Notes: generated by a model not told the origin, from the sequence alone. A stretch of 64,000 nt of DNA from Candidatus Latescibacterota bacterium (GCA_965242865.1 CBDETK010000013.1:3200001-3264000), one strand, 5' to 3'. Positions 38,279 through 50,923 are shown, counted from the first letter of the stretch. Translations and numbers: made by a program.

Positions 38279-40264
38279 ATGCCTGACCACAGCTACTTTT
38301 CCAACCTAATCTGGCAGATCGCCGACCTGTTGCGCGGCCCTTACCGTCCGCCCCAGTACGAGCGCGTCATGCTGCCTATGACCGTGCTGCGGCGGTTCGA
38401 CTGCGTACTCGCTCGGACCAAGCCCGATGTTCTGGCCGCGTACGACCGCCGGGGCGACCGGTTCCCCGGCGATGCTCTCGACGCCAGACTGAACAGCGCC
38501 GCCGGCCAGCGGTTCCACAACCACTCTCCGCTCAACTTCGAGAAGCTCAAGGGCGACCCGGACAACATCGCCCCGCACCTCGTTAGCTACATCCAAGGCT
38601 TTTCGGCCAACGTGCGCCGCATCTTCGAGTTCTTCGAGTTTGAGGCGGAAATCGAGAAGATGCGCGAGGCCAATCTCCTGTACCTCGTCGTCTCCAAGTT
38701 CGGCGACGTGGACCTGCACCCCGATAACGTTCCGAATGAGCAGATGGGACACATCTTTGAGAACCTCATCCGCCGCTTCAACGAACTAGCCAACGAGACC
38801 GCCGGCGATCACTTCACGCCGCGCGAGGTCATCCGACTGATGGTGAGCATCCTCTTCATTCACGACGACAAACTGCTCGCCACGCCCGGCACTGTGCGTA
38901 AGCTCCTCGACCCGGCTTGCGGCACTGGCGGCATGTTGGCCGAGGCGCAAAACTACTTGCGAGACCACCACCGTGCCGCACAACTCTACGTCTATGGGCA
39001 GGACTACAACAACCGCGCCTTTGCTACCGCAGCCTCCGACATGCTGATGAAGCAGGTTGACCACAACGGCGGCGGCGACAACGTCCGCTTTGGCGACAGC
39101 TTCACGGAAGACCAATTCAAGGGCGAGACCTTCGACTACTTCCTCACCAATCCGCCCTTTGGCGTGGACTGGAAGAGGCAGAAGCGGACGATCCAATATG
39201 AGCACGACAAACTCGGCTTCGAGGGCCGCTTCGGCGCGGGGCTTTCTCGCGTGAATGACGGCTCGCTGCTTTTCCTGCAACATTTAATCCACAAGTTCGA
39301 GCCGGTGCGCCCAAAGGAGCAAAAGTACGGGTCGCGTTTGGCCATCGTATTCAGCGGCTCGCCGCTCTTTACCGGCGGTGCTGGCTCCGGCGAGAGCAAC
39401 ATTCGCAGATGGATCATTGAGAACGACTGGCTCGAAGCGATCATCGCCTTGCCGGAGCAGATGTTCTACAACACCGGCATCGGCACCTATGTCTGGATCG
39501 TCACCAATCGCAAAGAGGAGCAGCGGCAGGGGAAAATTCAGCTTCTCGACGCCCGCGACTTGTGGACCGCGGGCGGGAGCGCAGACAACAAGCGCAGCCT
39601 TGGCGACAAGCGCCGCCATATCGCCGCAGAGCAGAGCGAGGAGATCGTGCAGCTATATGGCCGCTTTGAGGATGGCGATCGCTCCAAAATTTTCGACAAC
39701 GCTGATTTCGGCTACACGCGCGTGACCGTGGAGCGTCCCCTGCGCTTGCGCTACCAGATGACCTTAGAGGACAAGGCCCGTTTTCTCGACGCCTGCCCGT
39801 ATCTGCTCGACGATGTGCAGGCCATTGACGAGGCGTTGGGACGCGAGCCATCGCTCAACTGGAATGCGACGTGGGAGCGCATCGCGGATCTCCTGCACGA
39901 GCACCAATCGCGCTGGAAGAAGGTGGAACAGAGGCTCTTCCGCGATGTGTTCACCGAGAAGGATGCGGAGGCCGAGCCGGTCAGGAAGGATGGCCGAGAG
40001 AACAGGTACGAGCCCGACCCTGAACGGCGCGACTTCGAGAACGTGCCGCTCAAGGACGACGTTGACGCCTATTTCGAGCGCGAGGTGCGCCCTCACGTCC
40101 CCGACGCTTGGATGGACCGCGCCAAGGACAAAGTCGGGTACGAGATCAACTTCAACCGCCACTTCTACGAGTACACGCCGCCGCGCCCGTTGGAAAAAAT
40201 TGACGGGGAGCTGAAGAAGGCGGAGGAGAGGATCGTGCGGCTGCTGCGGGAGGTGGTGGGGTGA
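38279..40264 (+). CDS. hsdM: Type I R-M methyltransferase subunit
   Basis: IWQIADLLRG, HFTPREVI, DPACGTGGML, TNPPFG, GYEINFNRHFY. Confidence 0.95.
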   Translation: MPDHSYFSNLIWQIADLLRGPYRPPQYERVMLPMTVLRRFDCVLARTKPDVLAAYDRRGDRFPGDALDARLNSAAGQRFHNHSPLNFEKLKGDPDNIAPHLVSYIQGFSANVRRIFEFFEFEAEIEKMREANLLYLVVSKFGDVDLHPDNVPNEQMGHIFENLIRRFNELANETAGDHFTPREVIRLMVSILFIHDDKLLATPGTVRKLLDPACGTGGMLAEAQNYLRDHHRAAQLYVYGQDYNNRAFATAASDMLMKQVDHNGGGDNVRFGDSFTEDQFKGETFDYFLTNPPFGVDWKRQKRTIQYEHDKLGFEGRFGAGLSRVNDGSLLFLQHLIHKFEPVRPKEQKYGSRLAIVFSGSPLFTGGAGSGESNIRRWIIENDWLEAIIALPEQMFYNTGIGTYVWIVTNRKEEQRQGKIQLLDARDLWTAGGSADNKRSLGDKRRHIAAEQSEEIVQLYGRFEDGDRSKIFDNADFGYTRVTVERPLRLRYQMTLEDKARFLDACPYLLDDVQAIDEALGREPSLNWNATWERIADLLHEHQSRWKKVEQRLFRDVFTEKDAEAEPVRKDGRENRYEPDPERRDFENVPLKDDVDAYFEREVRPHVPDAWMDRAKDKVGYEINFNRHFYEYTPPRPLEKIDGELKKAEERIVRLLREVVG

Positions 40265-41559
40265 ACTCACTGTGCTCGACATCATCGCAAGACATCGAAT
40301 ATGTCCGCCTCAAGTGGGTTTTACAGGCGATAGAGAGTGGACGACGCGAGGCTAGTGATACCGATGGCAGCGAGGACGGAGTACTCAGCATCGGTGGCGA
40401 GCACGTGGGATGGGGTGGCGAATGGATTTTTGAGAATCCTCGCTATATATCACGTGATTTCTTCAACTCCATGTCGTCTGGAGTAATTAGGGCGAATGAC
40501 GTTCTACTTGTGAAAGATGGGGCGACAATTGGGAAAGCAGCCATCGCTGAGAGAATGCCGTCCAACGAAGCGGCCGTGAATGAACACGTATTTCTACTTC
40601 GTATATCCGATGATAATTTCCCGAAGTATTATTTTTATGTAATCCAGTCCCCTTCAGTTCAAGAGCAGATATGGCTTGAAGTGAGAGGAGCCGCACAACC
40701 GGGGCTGAGTTCGGAGTTTTGCAGCAAGTTAATTGTTCCGAGACCTAGTAAGCGAGTACAGGTACCGATAGCCAACTACCTCGACCGCGAGACGGCGCGG
40801 CTCGATGCACTGGTGGCGGAAAAGGAGCGGTTGCTCAAACTGTTGGCCGAGAAACGCCGTGCGCTCATCACCCGCGCCGTCACTCGCGGCCTCGACCCAA
40901 ACGTCCCGCTCCGCGACTCCGGTGTTTTATGGCTCGGCGAGATTCCGGCGCATTGGGAGACTTGGAAAGTCGGACACCTCGCAGAGGTCGGAAACGGATC
41001 TACGCCCAGCCGCAACAATGCTGCATATTGGAGTGAAGGAACGATTCCTTGGCTCAACAGTAGCGTCGTGAATTACTCCGAAGTCACCCGTGCAGATCAG
41101 TTTGTGACTGCACTGGCAACTCAAGAATGTCACTTGCCCCAAGTCAAACGCGGCAGTGTTCTCGTGGCGATTACTGGCCAAGGGAAAACGAGGGGACGAG
41201 CTGCCGTTCTCTCATTCGATGCGACCATCAATCAGCACCTTGCATTCATCTATCCGAAACAGTCTCACCTTCTGCCATGGTTCTTGAAATGGACGTTATT
41301 TGCCGCATACGACTTTCTTAGAAGTATCAGTGATGATGCTGGAGGAACCAAAGGGGCACTGACGTGCGAAGCAGTAGCGAACCTGCGTGTGCCAGTCCCT
41401 CCGGTCAGGGAGCAGGCGGGCATTCTCGAAAATATCGCCACATCTGTCGAACAACTCGACTCGCTCCGAGCTGTCGCGAAGAATACCATTTCATTGATCA
41501 AGGAACGCCGCTCCGCTATTATCTCTGCGGCTATAACTGACCAGTTGGAGGTAACATGA
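40261..41559 (+). CDS. hsdS: Type I R-M specificity subunit
   Basis: Two TRDs separated by [13 protein letters not shown]...[17 protein letters not shown]...[14 protein letters not shown]. Confidence 0.93.
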   Translation: MNSLCSTSSQDIEYVRLKWVLQAIESGRREASDTDGSEDGVLSIGGEHVGWGGEWIFENPRYISRDFFNSMSSGVIRANDVLLVKDGATIGKAAIAERMPSNEAAVNEHVFLLRISDDNFPKYYFYVIQSPSVQEQIWLEVRGAAQPGLSSEFCSKLIVPRPSKRVQVPIANYLDRETARLDALVAEKERLLKLLAEKRRALITRAVTRGLDPNVPLRDSGVLWLGEIPAHWETWKVGHLAEVGNGSTPSRNNAAYWSEGTIPWLNSSVVNYSEVTRADQFVTALATQECHLPQVKRGSVLVAITGQGKTRGRAAVLSFDATINQHLAFIYPKQSHLLPWFLKWTLFAAYDFLRSISDDAGGTKGALTCEAVANLRVPVPPVREQAGILENIATSVEQLDSLRAVAKNTISLIKERRSAIISAAITDQLEVT

Positions 41560-42854
41560 TGAGGATACGTGAGCTTACTCTTCGCAATTACCGAGTCTAT
41601 ACCGAACAACCGCCGTTCGAGTTCAAAGACCGGTTTACTGTCGTCGCTGGTATCAACGGGAGAGGCAAGACCGCACTACTAGAGGGGCTCGCCCTTTTGT
41701 GTTCACGGTTCCTTCGGGATGTGTCCTCTACCCACAACCGCTGCCGGACCATTACTCCGTCGGAGGTTCACATAGGCACGGTGTCAGCCGAGTTAGGCAT
41801 GAAGGTCGACTGCGCCAAGATTCCGCTCAGTTACAAGCTTATCTACGACAAGAAGTCCCGACGTACCGAGACAACCAAATTGTCCTTAGCAATCAAACAA
41901 GAGGTGAAGAAGGCATACAGCGACCCCGCACGTGATGACGGTGCAGCACCACTTGCGGTCTACTATACGACAGACAGAGCAGGCTACACGACAGACAGAG
42001 CAAGCTACCGCCAGCCGCGGAATCTTCCAACAGAAGTGCCGCGTGGTCAGGCAGCCGCGTACTCGGGTGCGCTCCTCAATCGCGCTGTGAACTTTCGCGA
42101 CCTCATGGCCCGCTACCGGAGCGCGATCATGGTCGGGCGTACCGAGCGGAAGAATAACCCCAGCTATCTCGGCGACCCTGCCGTCGCAGCGATTTCACGT
42201 GCTCTCACCACTTTCTTGGGCGGTTTTGAGAACCTGCGTGTCCAAGAGGAGCCGCTTCGCCTGTTGGTCGACAAGGATGGAGAGACTTTGGACTTGTCGC
42301 AGCTCTCGGACGGGGAGCGGTCCTTCTTGGCGATAGTCTGTGACCTCAGCCGCCGGTTGGCACTAGCGAACCCGTTGCTCTATAACCCGCTTAATGGTAC
42401 AGGTGTGGTCTTAATCGACGATTTGGAGTTGCACCTGCATCCGAAGTGGCAGCGCGAGGTGCGCGAGAAACTCCTCAGCACCTTCCCGAACATTCAGTTT
42501 ATCGCGACCACGCACTCGCCCTTCGTGATCCAAGATCTCCGACCTGGTGAACTCATCGACCTCGACCTCAAAGAGTCCGCCGAGTACGCGGACAAAAGTA
42601 TCGAAGACATTGCTGAGAACGTGATGGGCATCAAGCTACCTCAAAAGAGCAAGCGTTACCTCGATATGATGGACGCCGCTGAAGAATACTTTCGCTTGCT
42701 CCGAAACGCTAGCGGAAATCCAGACAAACTGGCCGAAGCCGAAGAACGCCTGAATGAACTGTCCGTGCCATTCAGTGACGATCCGGCGTTTCAAGCCCTA
42801 CTCAAGTTAGAACGGGAAACGATGATCGGTAGAGGTGACTATGCGACCGGTTGA
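41556..42854 (+). CDS. ABC/AAA ATPase, PtuA (Septu/retron effector)-like
   Basis: [51 protein letters not shown]. Confidence 0.85.
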   Translation: MMRIRELTLRNYRVYTEQPPFEFKDRFTVVAGINGRGKTALLEGLALLCSRFLRDVSSTHNRCRTITPSEVHIGTVSAELGMKVDCAKIPLSYKLIYDKKSRRTETTKLSLAIKQEVKKAYSDPARDDGAAPLAVYYTTDRAGYTTDRASYRQPRNLPTEVPRGQAAAYSGALLNRAVNFRDLMARYRSAIMVGRTERKNNPSYLGDPAVAAISRALTTFLGGFENLRVQEEPLRLLVDKDGETLDLSQLSDGERSFLAIVCDLSRRLALANPLLYNPLNGTGVVLIDDLELHLHPKWQREVREKLLSTFPNIQFIATTHSPFVIQDLRPGELIDLDLKESAEYADKSIEDIAENVMGIKLPQKSKRYLDMMDAAEEYFRLLRNASGNPDKLAEAEERLNELSVPFSDDPAFQALLKLERETMIGRGDYATG

Positions 42855-43527
42855 CAAAGGGGCCGCTCCCACCGTTTATACCCATTACCAAAAGGCCGAC
42901 TTGGACCTAAAGCACCGAATCGGCGACTACTGTAGCTACTGCGAGCGACAGATCGAGACCTACTTGGCGGTCGAACATATTCAGCCAAAAGTCAGTTGCC
43001 CCGCACTTCAGAACTCTTGGGAAAACTTCCTCCTTGCTTGTGTCAACTGCAATTCGAGTAAAGGGGACAAACATGTGGTTCTTAGTGATCACTATTGGCC
43101 GGACCGCGACAACACCCTCCGTGCGCTCGAATACGTAGAAGGAGGACTGGTGCGACCCCATCCCTGCCTTAAAGAAGCAGATCGAGTCAGGGCCGAAAAT
43201 ACAATCACTTTGACAGGCCTTGACAAGATCCCCGGGGCACCGGGTCGCAAACCGACTTTTTCTGATAGGCGCTGGCTGAAACGGCAGCAGACGTGGCAAC
43301 AGGCGAAAAGGGCTCGTGCGCGTCTAACCACACAAAACACCAGCACATCAATGCGTGAACAGATCGTCGAGACGGCCGTCAATTGTGGTATGTTCTCCAT
43401 CTGGTGGACCGTGTTCGCTGGCGCTGTCGATATGCGTCGAAGGTTACGCGAGGCTTTCACTGGCACTCACGGAGCATCGTTTGATGCCAACGAAAACCTA
43501 GTCCCCCGCGCCGGAGGTCAGTTGTAG
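42841..43527 (+). CDS. HNH endonuclease, PtuB-like
   Basis: YCSYCER...VEHIQPK...[16 protein letters not shown]; overlaps the ATPase stop. Confidence 0.85.
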   Translation: MRPVDKGAAPTVYTHYQKADLDLKHRIGDYCSYCERQIETYLAVEHIQPKVSCPALQNSWENFLLACVNCNSSKGDKHVVLSDHYWPDRDNTLRALEYVEGGLVRPHPCLKEADRVRAENTITLTGLDKIPGAPGRKPTFSDRRWLKRQQTWQQAKRARARLTTQNTSTSMREQIVETAVNCGMFSIWWTVFAGAVDMRRRLREAFTGTHGASFDANENLVPRAGGQL

Positions 43528-43529
43528 CT

Positions 43530-46165
43530 ATGAGCATTCGCAGCCATTCCGAAGCCGCCTTCGAGGCCGTAATCGAAGCGCACCTGCTCCAAAACGGCTA
43601 CATCCCCATGGCCAGCGAGGGCTTTGACCGCGACCGTGCGATCTTTCCCGCCACCGTCCTCGCTTTCATCCGCGAGACCCAGCCCGTAGAATGGGCCAAA
43701 CTAGAAGCACTCCACGGCGACCAGACCGGCGAGCAGGTTCTCACAGACTTGTGCAAGTGGATGGACGCCAACGGCTCGCTCGCGACCCTGCGCCACGGCT
43801 TCAAGTGCTACGGACGGACGCTCCACGCGGCATTCTTTAAGGCGGCCCATGAACTGAACCCGGAACTCAAAGCCCGCTACGCAGCCAACCGGCTCGGACT
43901 CACCCGCCAACTCCGGTTCTCCCCTCAATCGGAGAAATCGCTCGACATAACGCTGAGCCTGAACGGCATCCCCATCGCCACGGTCGAGCTCAAAAACCCG
44001 CTCACCGGGCAGACGGTAGAGGATGCGATTGGCCAGTACCGGCGCGACCGCGACCCCCGCGAGCCGATCTTCGAGTTCAAACGCCGCACACTCGTTCACT
44101 TTGCCGTCGATACTGAGTGCGTGTGCATGACCACGCGCCTAGCCGGCGACGCGACCCACTTCCTGCCCTTCGACAAAGGATGCAACGGCGGCGCTGGGAA
44201 TCCGCACGATGGCCGGGCCTACCGGACAGCGTACCTCTGGGAAGAAGTGCTCGCCCGGGACAGTCTGCTCGACGTGCTCGCCCGGTTCATCCATTTGCAG
44301 ACCGAAGAGAAGCGCGACGACCACGGCCGCAAAGTAAAGGCTGAGGCGATGATCTTCCCGCGCTACCATCAGCTCGATGCCGTTCGGCTACTGGTGCAGA
44401 AGGCGCGCTGCGAGGGCGTCGGCAACAACTATCTCATTGAGCATTCGGCTGGCAGCGGTAAGAGCAATACGATCGGCTGGCTCGCGCACCGCCTCGCTTC
44501 CCTGCACGACGCGGCAAACGAGCGCGTCTTCGACAGCGTAATCGTGGTGACCGACCGCGTCGTGCTAGACCAGCAACTGCAAGACACGATCTACCAGTTC
44601 GAGCACAAGCTCGGGGTCGTGCAGAAGATCGACGAGCGTTCCCGACAGCTTGCCGAGGCGCTAGGGAACGCCGTCCCAATTATCATCACCACGTTACAGA
44701 AGTTCCCCTTTGTGTCGCGGCAGTTGCTCAAGATGGCGGAGGAGCAGGGCGTTGAGGGGACAGGGGTACTGCCTACCCGACGCTGCGCCGTTATCGTCGA
44801 CGAAGCACACAGTTCACAGGGTGGGGAAGCATCAACGGCTCTCAAGGAGGTCCTCGGAGGCGAAAATCTGCTAAAAGAGGCTCGGAAACGCGCGGAGGAG
44901 GAAGGCCGCGAAGACCAAGAGGAACTGTTCCGCAGCATGGCCAAGCGCGGCCGGCAAGCGAACCTGAGTTTCTTCGCCTTCACGGCCACGCCCAAACACA
45001 AGACCCTTGCCGTGTTCGGCCAAAACGGCGAGCCGGTCCATCGCTACGCGATGCGTCAGGCAATCGAGGAAGGCTTCATCCTCGACGTGCTCAAGCACTA
45101 TACCACGTACGCGACCTATTTCAAATTGCTCAAGGCTTGCGAAGACGATCCAAACGTCGAGCGGAAGAAAGCAGCGCTGGCGTTAGCGCGTTTTCTACGC
45201 CTGCACCCCCACAACATCGCGCAGAAAACTGAGGTGATGGTCGAGCACTTCCACGCCGTCACGCGCCACAAGATCGGCGGCCGCGCCAAAGCAATGGTCG
45301 TCACCGGCTCCCGGCTCGAAGCGGTGCGATACAAGCAGAGCTTTGATCGCTACATCCAAAAGAAGCAGTACGCAATCAAAACACTCGTAGCCTTCTCGGG
45401 CGAAGTTCGCGACGACCAACTTCCGAGCGAGTCATATACCGAAGAGAAGATGAACCTAGGCATCCGGGAGAAGGAACTGCCAGAAAAGTTCGCAACCCAG
45501 GAGTACCAAGTGCTGCTCGTGGCGGAGAAATACCAGACCGGATTTGATCAGCCGCTCCTGCACACGATGTACGTGGACAAGCGGCTGGCAGGCATCCAAG
45601 CGGTTCAGACGCTCTCCCGCCTGAACCGCACCCACCCGCTAAAGGAGGACGCGTTTGTTCTCGACTTTGTAAACGACCGCGCAGAAATTTGTGCGGCGTT
45701 CAAGGTCTATTACGAAGGGGCGGAAATGGGAGCGGAGGTCGATCCCGCCCGCATGTACGCGGTCAAGGGAGAGCTCGACGCGGCCGGGATCTATCTCGAT
45801 GAAGAGGTTGAGCGGTTCTGTGCAGTGTATTTCGAGCCAAAGCAGCGTCAGAGCGTCCAAGATCACCAAGCAATGAACGCCGCGCTCAATCCTGCGGTGA
45901 CGCGCTTTATCGATCTGCGGAAAGACGACGCGGCCGAGGCCGAACTCTGGCGCGGAAAGGTCCAAGCGTTTCGCAACCTCTACGGCTTTCTGAGCCAAGT
46001 CATCCCATCTAGATGGGCCGACCGAACTGGGCAGCGGGGCCGTGCATGAGGAACCGATGCCGCTTTCGCAACTCATTGACGTCGTCAACGGACGCTTTGG
46101 GACCGACTTCAATCAGGCCGACCAGTTCTTCTTCGACCAAGTCGTCGAACGAGCTGAGGCGATGG
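43530..46165 (+). pseudogene. hsdR: Type I R-M restriction subunit with C-terminal deletion/frameshift and truncation
   Basis: ELKNPLTGQ, HSAGSGKS, DEAH, FTATPK intact; frame breaks after SQVIP (~46008); another frame resumes LDGPTELG...RFGTDFNQADQFFFDQ and runs into the TA locus. Confidence 0.8.
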
Positions 46166-46171
46166 GGGCTA

Positions 46172-46468
46172 TTACAACACTAACGCCCGCCGTACTGCGT
46201 CCGGTTCCCTAGCGATAATCGTCAGCAATACCCGAGCCGATCCCTCCGGCTGCCGCTTTCCCTGCTCCCAGTTGCGGATAGAATACACGCTGAATCCGAA
46301 GAGCTGTGCAAACTCCTTCTGCGTCATATTGAGCCGTTGACGCACATCCCGCACATTGACGCGCTCAGGTATTAAGACGCGATGCTCCTTGTTGCTCGTC
46401 GTCTCGCCTTCCGCATACTTCAGTGCATCGCGTAACCCATCTATAATCTCGTCGCCGATTTTACTCAT
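46172..46468 (-). CDS. HigA-like HTH antitoxin
   Basis: MTQKEFAQLFGFSVYSIRNWEQGKRQPEG. Confidence 0.88.
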   Translation of the reverse strand: MSKIGDEIIDGLRDALKYAEGETTSNKEHRVLIPERVNVRDVRQRLNMTQKEFAQLFGFSVYSIRNWEQGKRQPEGSARVLLTIIAREPDAVRRALVL

Positions 46469-46502
46469 GCTCTCCTCTACCGAATGCTTTCAACCTGACC
46501 GA

Positions 46503-46868
46503 TCAGCGCAAGAACTGATCTTTAAGCTGCTGAACCAAACGACGCATGGCTACTTTTTCCGACTCTGCTAAATCGCTCTCTACACTTTTCTCGTAGGCCG
46601 AGAGCAGAAAGAGCGGCATGCGCTCGCTGTGGTAATAATAGATCACGCGCAGGCCACCTCTCTTGCCTTGCCCTTTTATGCCCCAACGAATTTTGCGGAT
46701 ACCACCTGTTCCTCGGATGCGATCTCCACGCAGTGGATTCACGGCAATAAAAGCGACAAATTCCTCTCGGTCCGCCTCCGTCATAATCCGAGAAACGGCC
46801 GAGAGGAAAGTGCGCGTTTCGACTACCGTTATATATTGGAATTGCTCATTCACCAAGCGTCCGCGCAA
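46503..46868 (-). CDS. RelE/HigB-family toxin
   Basis: GDRIRGTGGIRKIRW...GKRGGLRVIYY; toxin precedes antitoxin. Confidence 0.88.
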   Translation of the reverse strand: MRGRLVNEQFQYITVVETRTFLSAVSRIMTEADREEFVAFIAVNPLRGDRIRGTGGIRKIRWGIKGQGKRGGLRVIYYYHSERMPLFLLSAYEKSVESDLAESEKVAMRRLVQQLKDQFLR

Positions 46869-46931
46869 CCGGGCTCGCGCCTCTGCGTCTCTTCCGTTTG
46901 CCGCTACGGCAGAGGTGCCGTTTGTGAATAC

Positions 46932-47612
46932 CTACCGAGCGTCCGACAATCCGCCGTTCTGGAATACGAGTATTATGTCGTCGTATGAGAGAACCGTCTT
47001 TGCGCCAAGGTTCACGCGCGTCAGCGGGTTGCCCTTTAATTGCACGACATCGGCGATGGACATGCCCATCGTGAGCTCTACCGGCTTTCCCGCTAATTCT
47101 TCCTTAGTCGCGGCAAAAGTAAAGGCAAACATCTCCTTTACCGTCGCCACGTTGTACGCGTCGGGGTGCTTGCCGAATTTGAAGCGAACCTTTGTTTTGG
47201 AGCCGCCCGCTTCCCTGAGGTGAATCTCCATTTCGTCTTTTTCCACCTTGGATTTTTCGATCGTCACCCTAGTCCCGCGCCTGTAGTGGCGGACGGATGC
47301 CTCTTCCATATTGGCGGCTTCCAACCGCGCTTCTTCGGCAAAGTCTTCCGCATCAGAAGCCAGTATGTCCCTCACACCGTCTAACGCCCCTCGGTACGAA
47401 ACTTCTGGCCCCGGGAATATATGGGTAACATCCGTACTGCCGATCAGATGCTGGATGCTGACCACGCCGATCTTGAGGTAAAAATCTTTGCCCTTTACGG
47501 ACTTGCAGAATGCTACGATGGCGGGCCGGTCGGTTTGGGCTTCGGCCACCACCGGGACGATGGTCCCAACCACGAGCCAAGCAATCAACAGCATGGGCTT
47601 TAGTGCTTTCAC
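46932..47612 (-). CDS. Secreted hypothetical protein
   Basis: AAGGAG RBS; signal peptide ending AEA; C-terminal GMS..DV....G.P. Confidence 0.6.
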   Translation of the reverse strand: MKALKPMLLIAWLVVGTIVPVVAEAQTDRPAIVAFCKSVKGKDFYLKIGVVSIQHLIGSTDVTHIFPGPEVSYRGALDGVRDILASDAEDFAEEARLEAANMEEASVRHYRRGTRVTIEKSKVEKDEMEIHLREAGGSKTKVRFKFGKHPDAYNVATVKEMFAFTFAATKEELAGKPVELTMGMSIADVVQLKGNPLTRVNLGAKTVLSYDDIILVFQNGGLSDAR

Positions 47613-47671
47613 GTTCTATCTCCTTATGAGGGTGCCGCTTTCTCGCGGCGGTTAGCGGTTAGTAAACGGCT

Positions 47672-48583
47672 TCAATGCGCGTACCCGTCGGGATTGTCTC
47701 GACGCCAGTTGGGCCGGTAGCCTTCCTCGGCGTCAAAGCCATAAGACGGCCCGATCTGGTTTTCGGTCTGCCAAGGCCAAGCCTGCCCGCCGATAATGCG
47801 GAACTGCTCGCCCTGGCCGCAGAGCCAATAGAATATATGGGCATAGTAGCGCGCCGTGCCGTGCCCGCCGTAATACGCGCTCTGAAAGTCGAAGTCCTCC
47901 TCGACGATCCAGTTGCGGGCCGGCCGCGTGGTGCGCCAGTAATTGTACTTGAGCATCCGACGGAGGCCCTTAGCGGTGGACTGGCCACGGCGGTGGAGGA
48001 TGCTCTGGTGATGGATTCCGATGGTGCCAGCCGGGCCAGCGCAAAACACGCCCCCTTCTTCCCGGTCGCGGCGAGCAGGTTGAATGTGCGAGCCGGGCAC
48101 CAACTCGGTCGGTCCTAACTCTACGGGCGTGTCTTGGGGAAAGTAGAAGACCTCCAAAAAGCGCAGCTCCGGGCCGAAAATGTGGTCGGCATCTTGGTGC
48201 CAGCCTTGGGGTTCGGCCGGGCAATCAACCCGGTGGTGGCTGGCTAAGACCGGCAGGCCGACGTTGGGGCCTAAGAGCGAGCGCATGGCACCGGCTAATT
48301 GGGGATTGAGCAGGACGTGTTCGACGAACCAGTCCTCCAAGAAAATGGAACTCGGCTCGTGGGTGAAGCGGATGCGGTCGAGGTCGGCCTCGGTCAGGCC
48401 GGCGGGGATGTAGCTCGGCTGGGCCGGAATATCGCCATCGAGCCAAGCGCAGGTGCGCTGGTTGATCGCGTCGGGCACGACGCCTTTGAGCAAGAGATGG
48501 CCCTCGCGGCAGAATTCGAGGACTTGGGAATCAGTGAGCGTCGGCTCGCAGTCAAAGGTGCGTTGGCATGGGTCGTAGTGCAT
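47672..48583 (-). CDS. PhyH-family dioxygenase
   Basis: GWHQD, YFPQDTP..LGPT..VPGSH, SILHRR. Confidence 0.85.
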   Translation of the reverse strand: MHYDPCQRTFDCEPTLTDSQVLEFCREGHLLLKGVVPDAINQRTCAWLDGDIPAQPSYIPAGLTEADLDRIRFTHEPSSIFLEDWFVEHVLLNPQLAGAMRSLLGPNVGLPVLASHHRVDCPAEPQGWHQDADHIFGPELRFLEVFYFPQDTPVELGPTELVPGSHIQPARRDREEGGVFCAGPAGTIGIHHQSILHRRGQSTAKGLRRMLKYNYWRTTRPARNWIVEEDFDFQSAYYGGHGTARYYAHIFYWLCGQGEQFRIIGGQAWPWQTENQIGPSYGFDAEEGYRPNWRRDNPDGYAH

Positions 48584-48736
48584 GATCCGTCTTTTGTTTG
48601 GCGCGTATAACGCATATAAGCTACGGGCCTAAAAACTAGCCAAATTCTGCCCGTCCTGTCCATCCCCCCCACTAGGTCGTACGCGCCGTAAATGGTTATA
48701 CTCTTGCGTCGGCACAATTAAACGGAGCACCTCGCG

Positions 48737-50923
48737 GTGGAATCAGCAAAAAAAATAGCCAGCGGCGGCTTGCTCGTCGCCCAGCGGCTCTACGACCTCG
48801 TCGCCGAACAAATTGCGCCCGGGACAGGCGTGGCGGTCGAGCACTTTTGGGCGGCACTGGGGAAAATTGTCCAAGACTTGGGCCCCAAGAATCAACAGCT
48901 CCTCCAGCGGCGCGACGACGTGCAGGCCCAGATCGACGCCTATCACCAAAAGCGGCGCGGCGAGCCGTTGGATCCCAAGGGCTACCGAGCCTTTCTCGAG
49001 GCGATTGGATACTTGCTTCCCCCGGGCGAGGCGCATCGAATCCGCCCGGAACATATCGACCCAGAAATCGCCTCCCTCGCCGGCCCCCAGCTCGTGGTCC
49101 CGGTGGACAATGCGCGCTACGCGCTCAACGCGGCGAATGCGCGCTGGAGCAGCTTGTACGACGCCCTGTACGGCACGGATGTCATTGCGGGCCGCGTCCC
49201 GGTGGGCGCGTACCAAGCCGAGCGCGGCGCCCAAGTCATCGCGCACAGCGAGGCGTTTCTCGACGAGGTCGTCGGCCTCCAACGAGGGGCGTACCGGGAG
49301 GTGGCGGAGTTTTTTCTGCGCGAGACGGGCGGCGGGCACACCTTGGGCGTCCGCTTTGCAAGCGGCCAAGAGGCTGGCCTCAAAGACCCCGGGCAGTTCG
49401 TCGGCTATGCCGCCGACGGAGAGCGGCTGGGCAGCGTCTTGCTCCGCCACAATGGGTTGCACATCGAAATCCAGATTGACCGCACCCACCCCATTGGGCG
49501 ATCGCACCGCGCTGGCGTCAAAGACGTGCTCTTAGAAGCGGCCATTACCACGATCCAAGATTGCGAGGATTCCGTGGCCGCAGTCGATGCCGAGGACAAG
49601 GTCCTCGTCTATGGCAACTGGAATGGCCTGATGCAGGGCACGCTAGAAGCCACCTTTGTCAAGGATGGGCAAACCCGGACGCGCCGCTTGCGTGCCGACC
49701 GCACCTTTACCGCCCCCAACGGCCAGCCCTTGACGCTGCCCGGGCGCAGCTTGTTGCTGGTGCGCCACGTCGGCCTCCACCTGTACACGGATGCGGCGAC
49801 CACGGCCGACGGCGCAGCAATCCCCGAGGGCTTTCTCGACGCCATGGTCCTCAGCTTATCGGCGATCCACGACCTCAAGGGCCGGGGCCGCTACCGCAAC
49901 AGCAAGACCGGCAGCGTCTATACGGTAAAGCCCAAGTTGCACGGCCCGGACGAGGTGGCCGCGACCGTCGAGCTGTTCTCGCGCGTGGAGGAGGCCCTAG
50001 GACTAAATAAAAACACCCTGAAAATCGGCATCATGGACGAGGAACGCCGCACCACAGTCAATCTCAGCGAGTGCATCCGCTGCGCGGCCGAGCGCGTCGT
50101 CTTTATCAACACCGGCTTTCTCGATCGGACTGGGGACGAGATCCACACCAGCATGGAGCTGGGGCCTGTGCTGCCCAAAATGGAGATCAAAGAGCAGCGT
50201 TGGCTCCGCGCCTACGAGGACTGGAATGTGGACATCGGCATCGCAACCGGCTTGGTGGGAAGGGCGCAGATCGGCAAGGGGATGTGGACGATGCCCGAGC
50301 GGATGCGCGAGATGGTAGAGACCAAGATAGGCCATCCCCAAGCGGGGGCGACGACCGCGTGGGTGCCGTCGCCGACCGCGGCCACCCTGCACGCGCTGCA
50401 CTACCACCAAGTCGATGTTTTCGCGACCCTCGGCCAGCTAGCCGAGCGAGAGCGGGCCTCGCTCGACGCGATTCTCAGCCCGCCGGTGCTCAATCGCCGG
50501 CTCAGCCCCGCCGAGATTCAGCAGGAGCTAGACAACAACGCCCAAGGGATTTTGGGCTACGTAGTGCGCTGGATTGGCCAAGGCATTGGCTGCTCCAAGG
50601 TGCCGGACATCAACCACATCGGCCTGATGGAAGACCGCGCCACCTTGCGGATTTCCAGTCAGCACATCGCCAACTGGCTACATCACCAAGTCGCCAGCGA
50701 GGAGCAGGTGCGGGCGACCTTTGCTCGCATGGCCACCGTGGTCGATTCGCAAAACAGCGGCGACCCGGCGTATTGCCCCATGGCCCCCGATCTCGACGCC
50801 AGCATCGAATTTCAAGCGGCCTTGGACCTAGTGTTCAACGGCCGCACCACCCCGAATGGATATACGGAAGGCGTGTTGCACGAGCGGCGGCGAGCGGTAA
50901 AGGCCGCCCGACGAATCGCCTAG
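48737..50923 (+). CDS. glcB: Malate synthase G
   Basis: [57 protein letters not shown]. Confidence 0.96.
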   Translation: MESAKKIASGGLLVAQRLYDLVAEQIAPGTGVAVEHFWAALGKIVQDLGPKNQQLLQRRDDVQAQIDAYHQKRRGEPLDPKGYRAFLEAIGYLLPPGEAHRIRPEHIDPEIASLAGPQLVVPVDNARYALNAANARWSSLYDALYGTDVIAGRVPVGAYQAERGAQVIAHSEAFLDEVVGLQRGAYREVAEFFLRETGGGHTLGVRFASGQEAGLKDPGQFVGYAADGERLGSVLLRHNGLHIEIQIDRTHPIGRSHRAGVKDVLLEAAITTIQDCEDSVAAVDAEDKVLVYGNWNGLMQGTLEATFVKDGQTRTRRLRADRTFTAPNGQPLTLPGRSLLLVRHVGLHLYTDAATTADGAAIPEGFLDAMVLSLSAIHDLKGRGRYRNSKTGSVYTVKPKLHGPDEVAATVELFSRVEEALGLNKNTLKIGIMDEERRTTVNLSECIRCAAERVVFINTGFLDRTGDEIHTSMELGPVLPKMEIKEQRWLRAYEDWNVDIGIATGLVGRAQIGKGMWTMPERMREMVETKIGHPQAGATTAWVPSPTAATLHALHYHQVDVFATLGQLAERERASLDAILSPPVLNRRLSPAEIQQELDNNAQGILGYVVRWIGQGIGCSKVPDINHIGLMEDRATLRISSQHIANWLHHQVASEEQVRATFARMATVVDSQNSGDPAYCPMAPDLDASIEFQAALDLVFNGRTTPNGYTEGVLHERRRAVKAARRIA

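Noticed and set aside
41556-43527. Retron system
   Set aside because: No reverse transcriptase or recognisable msr-msd in the window
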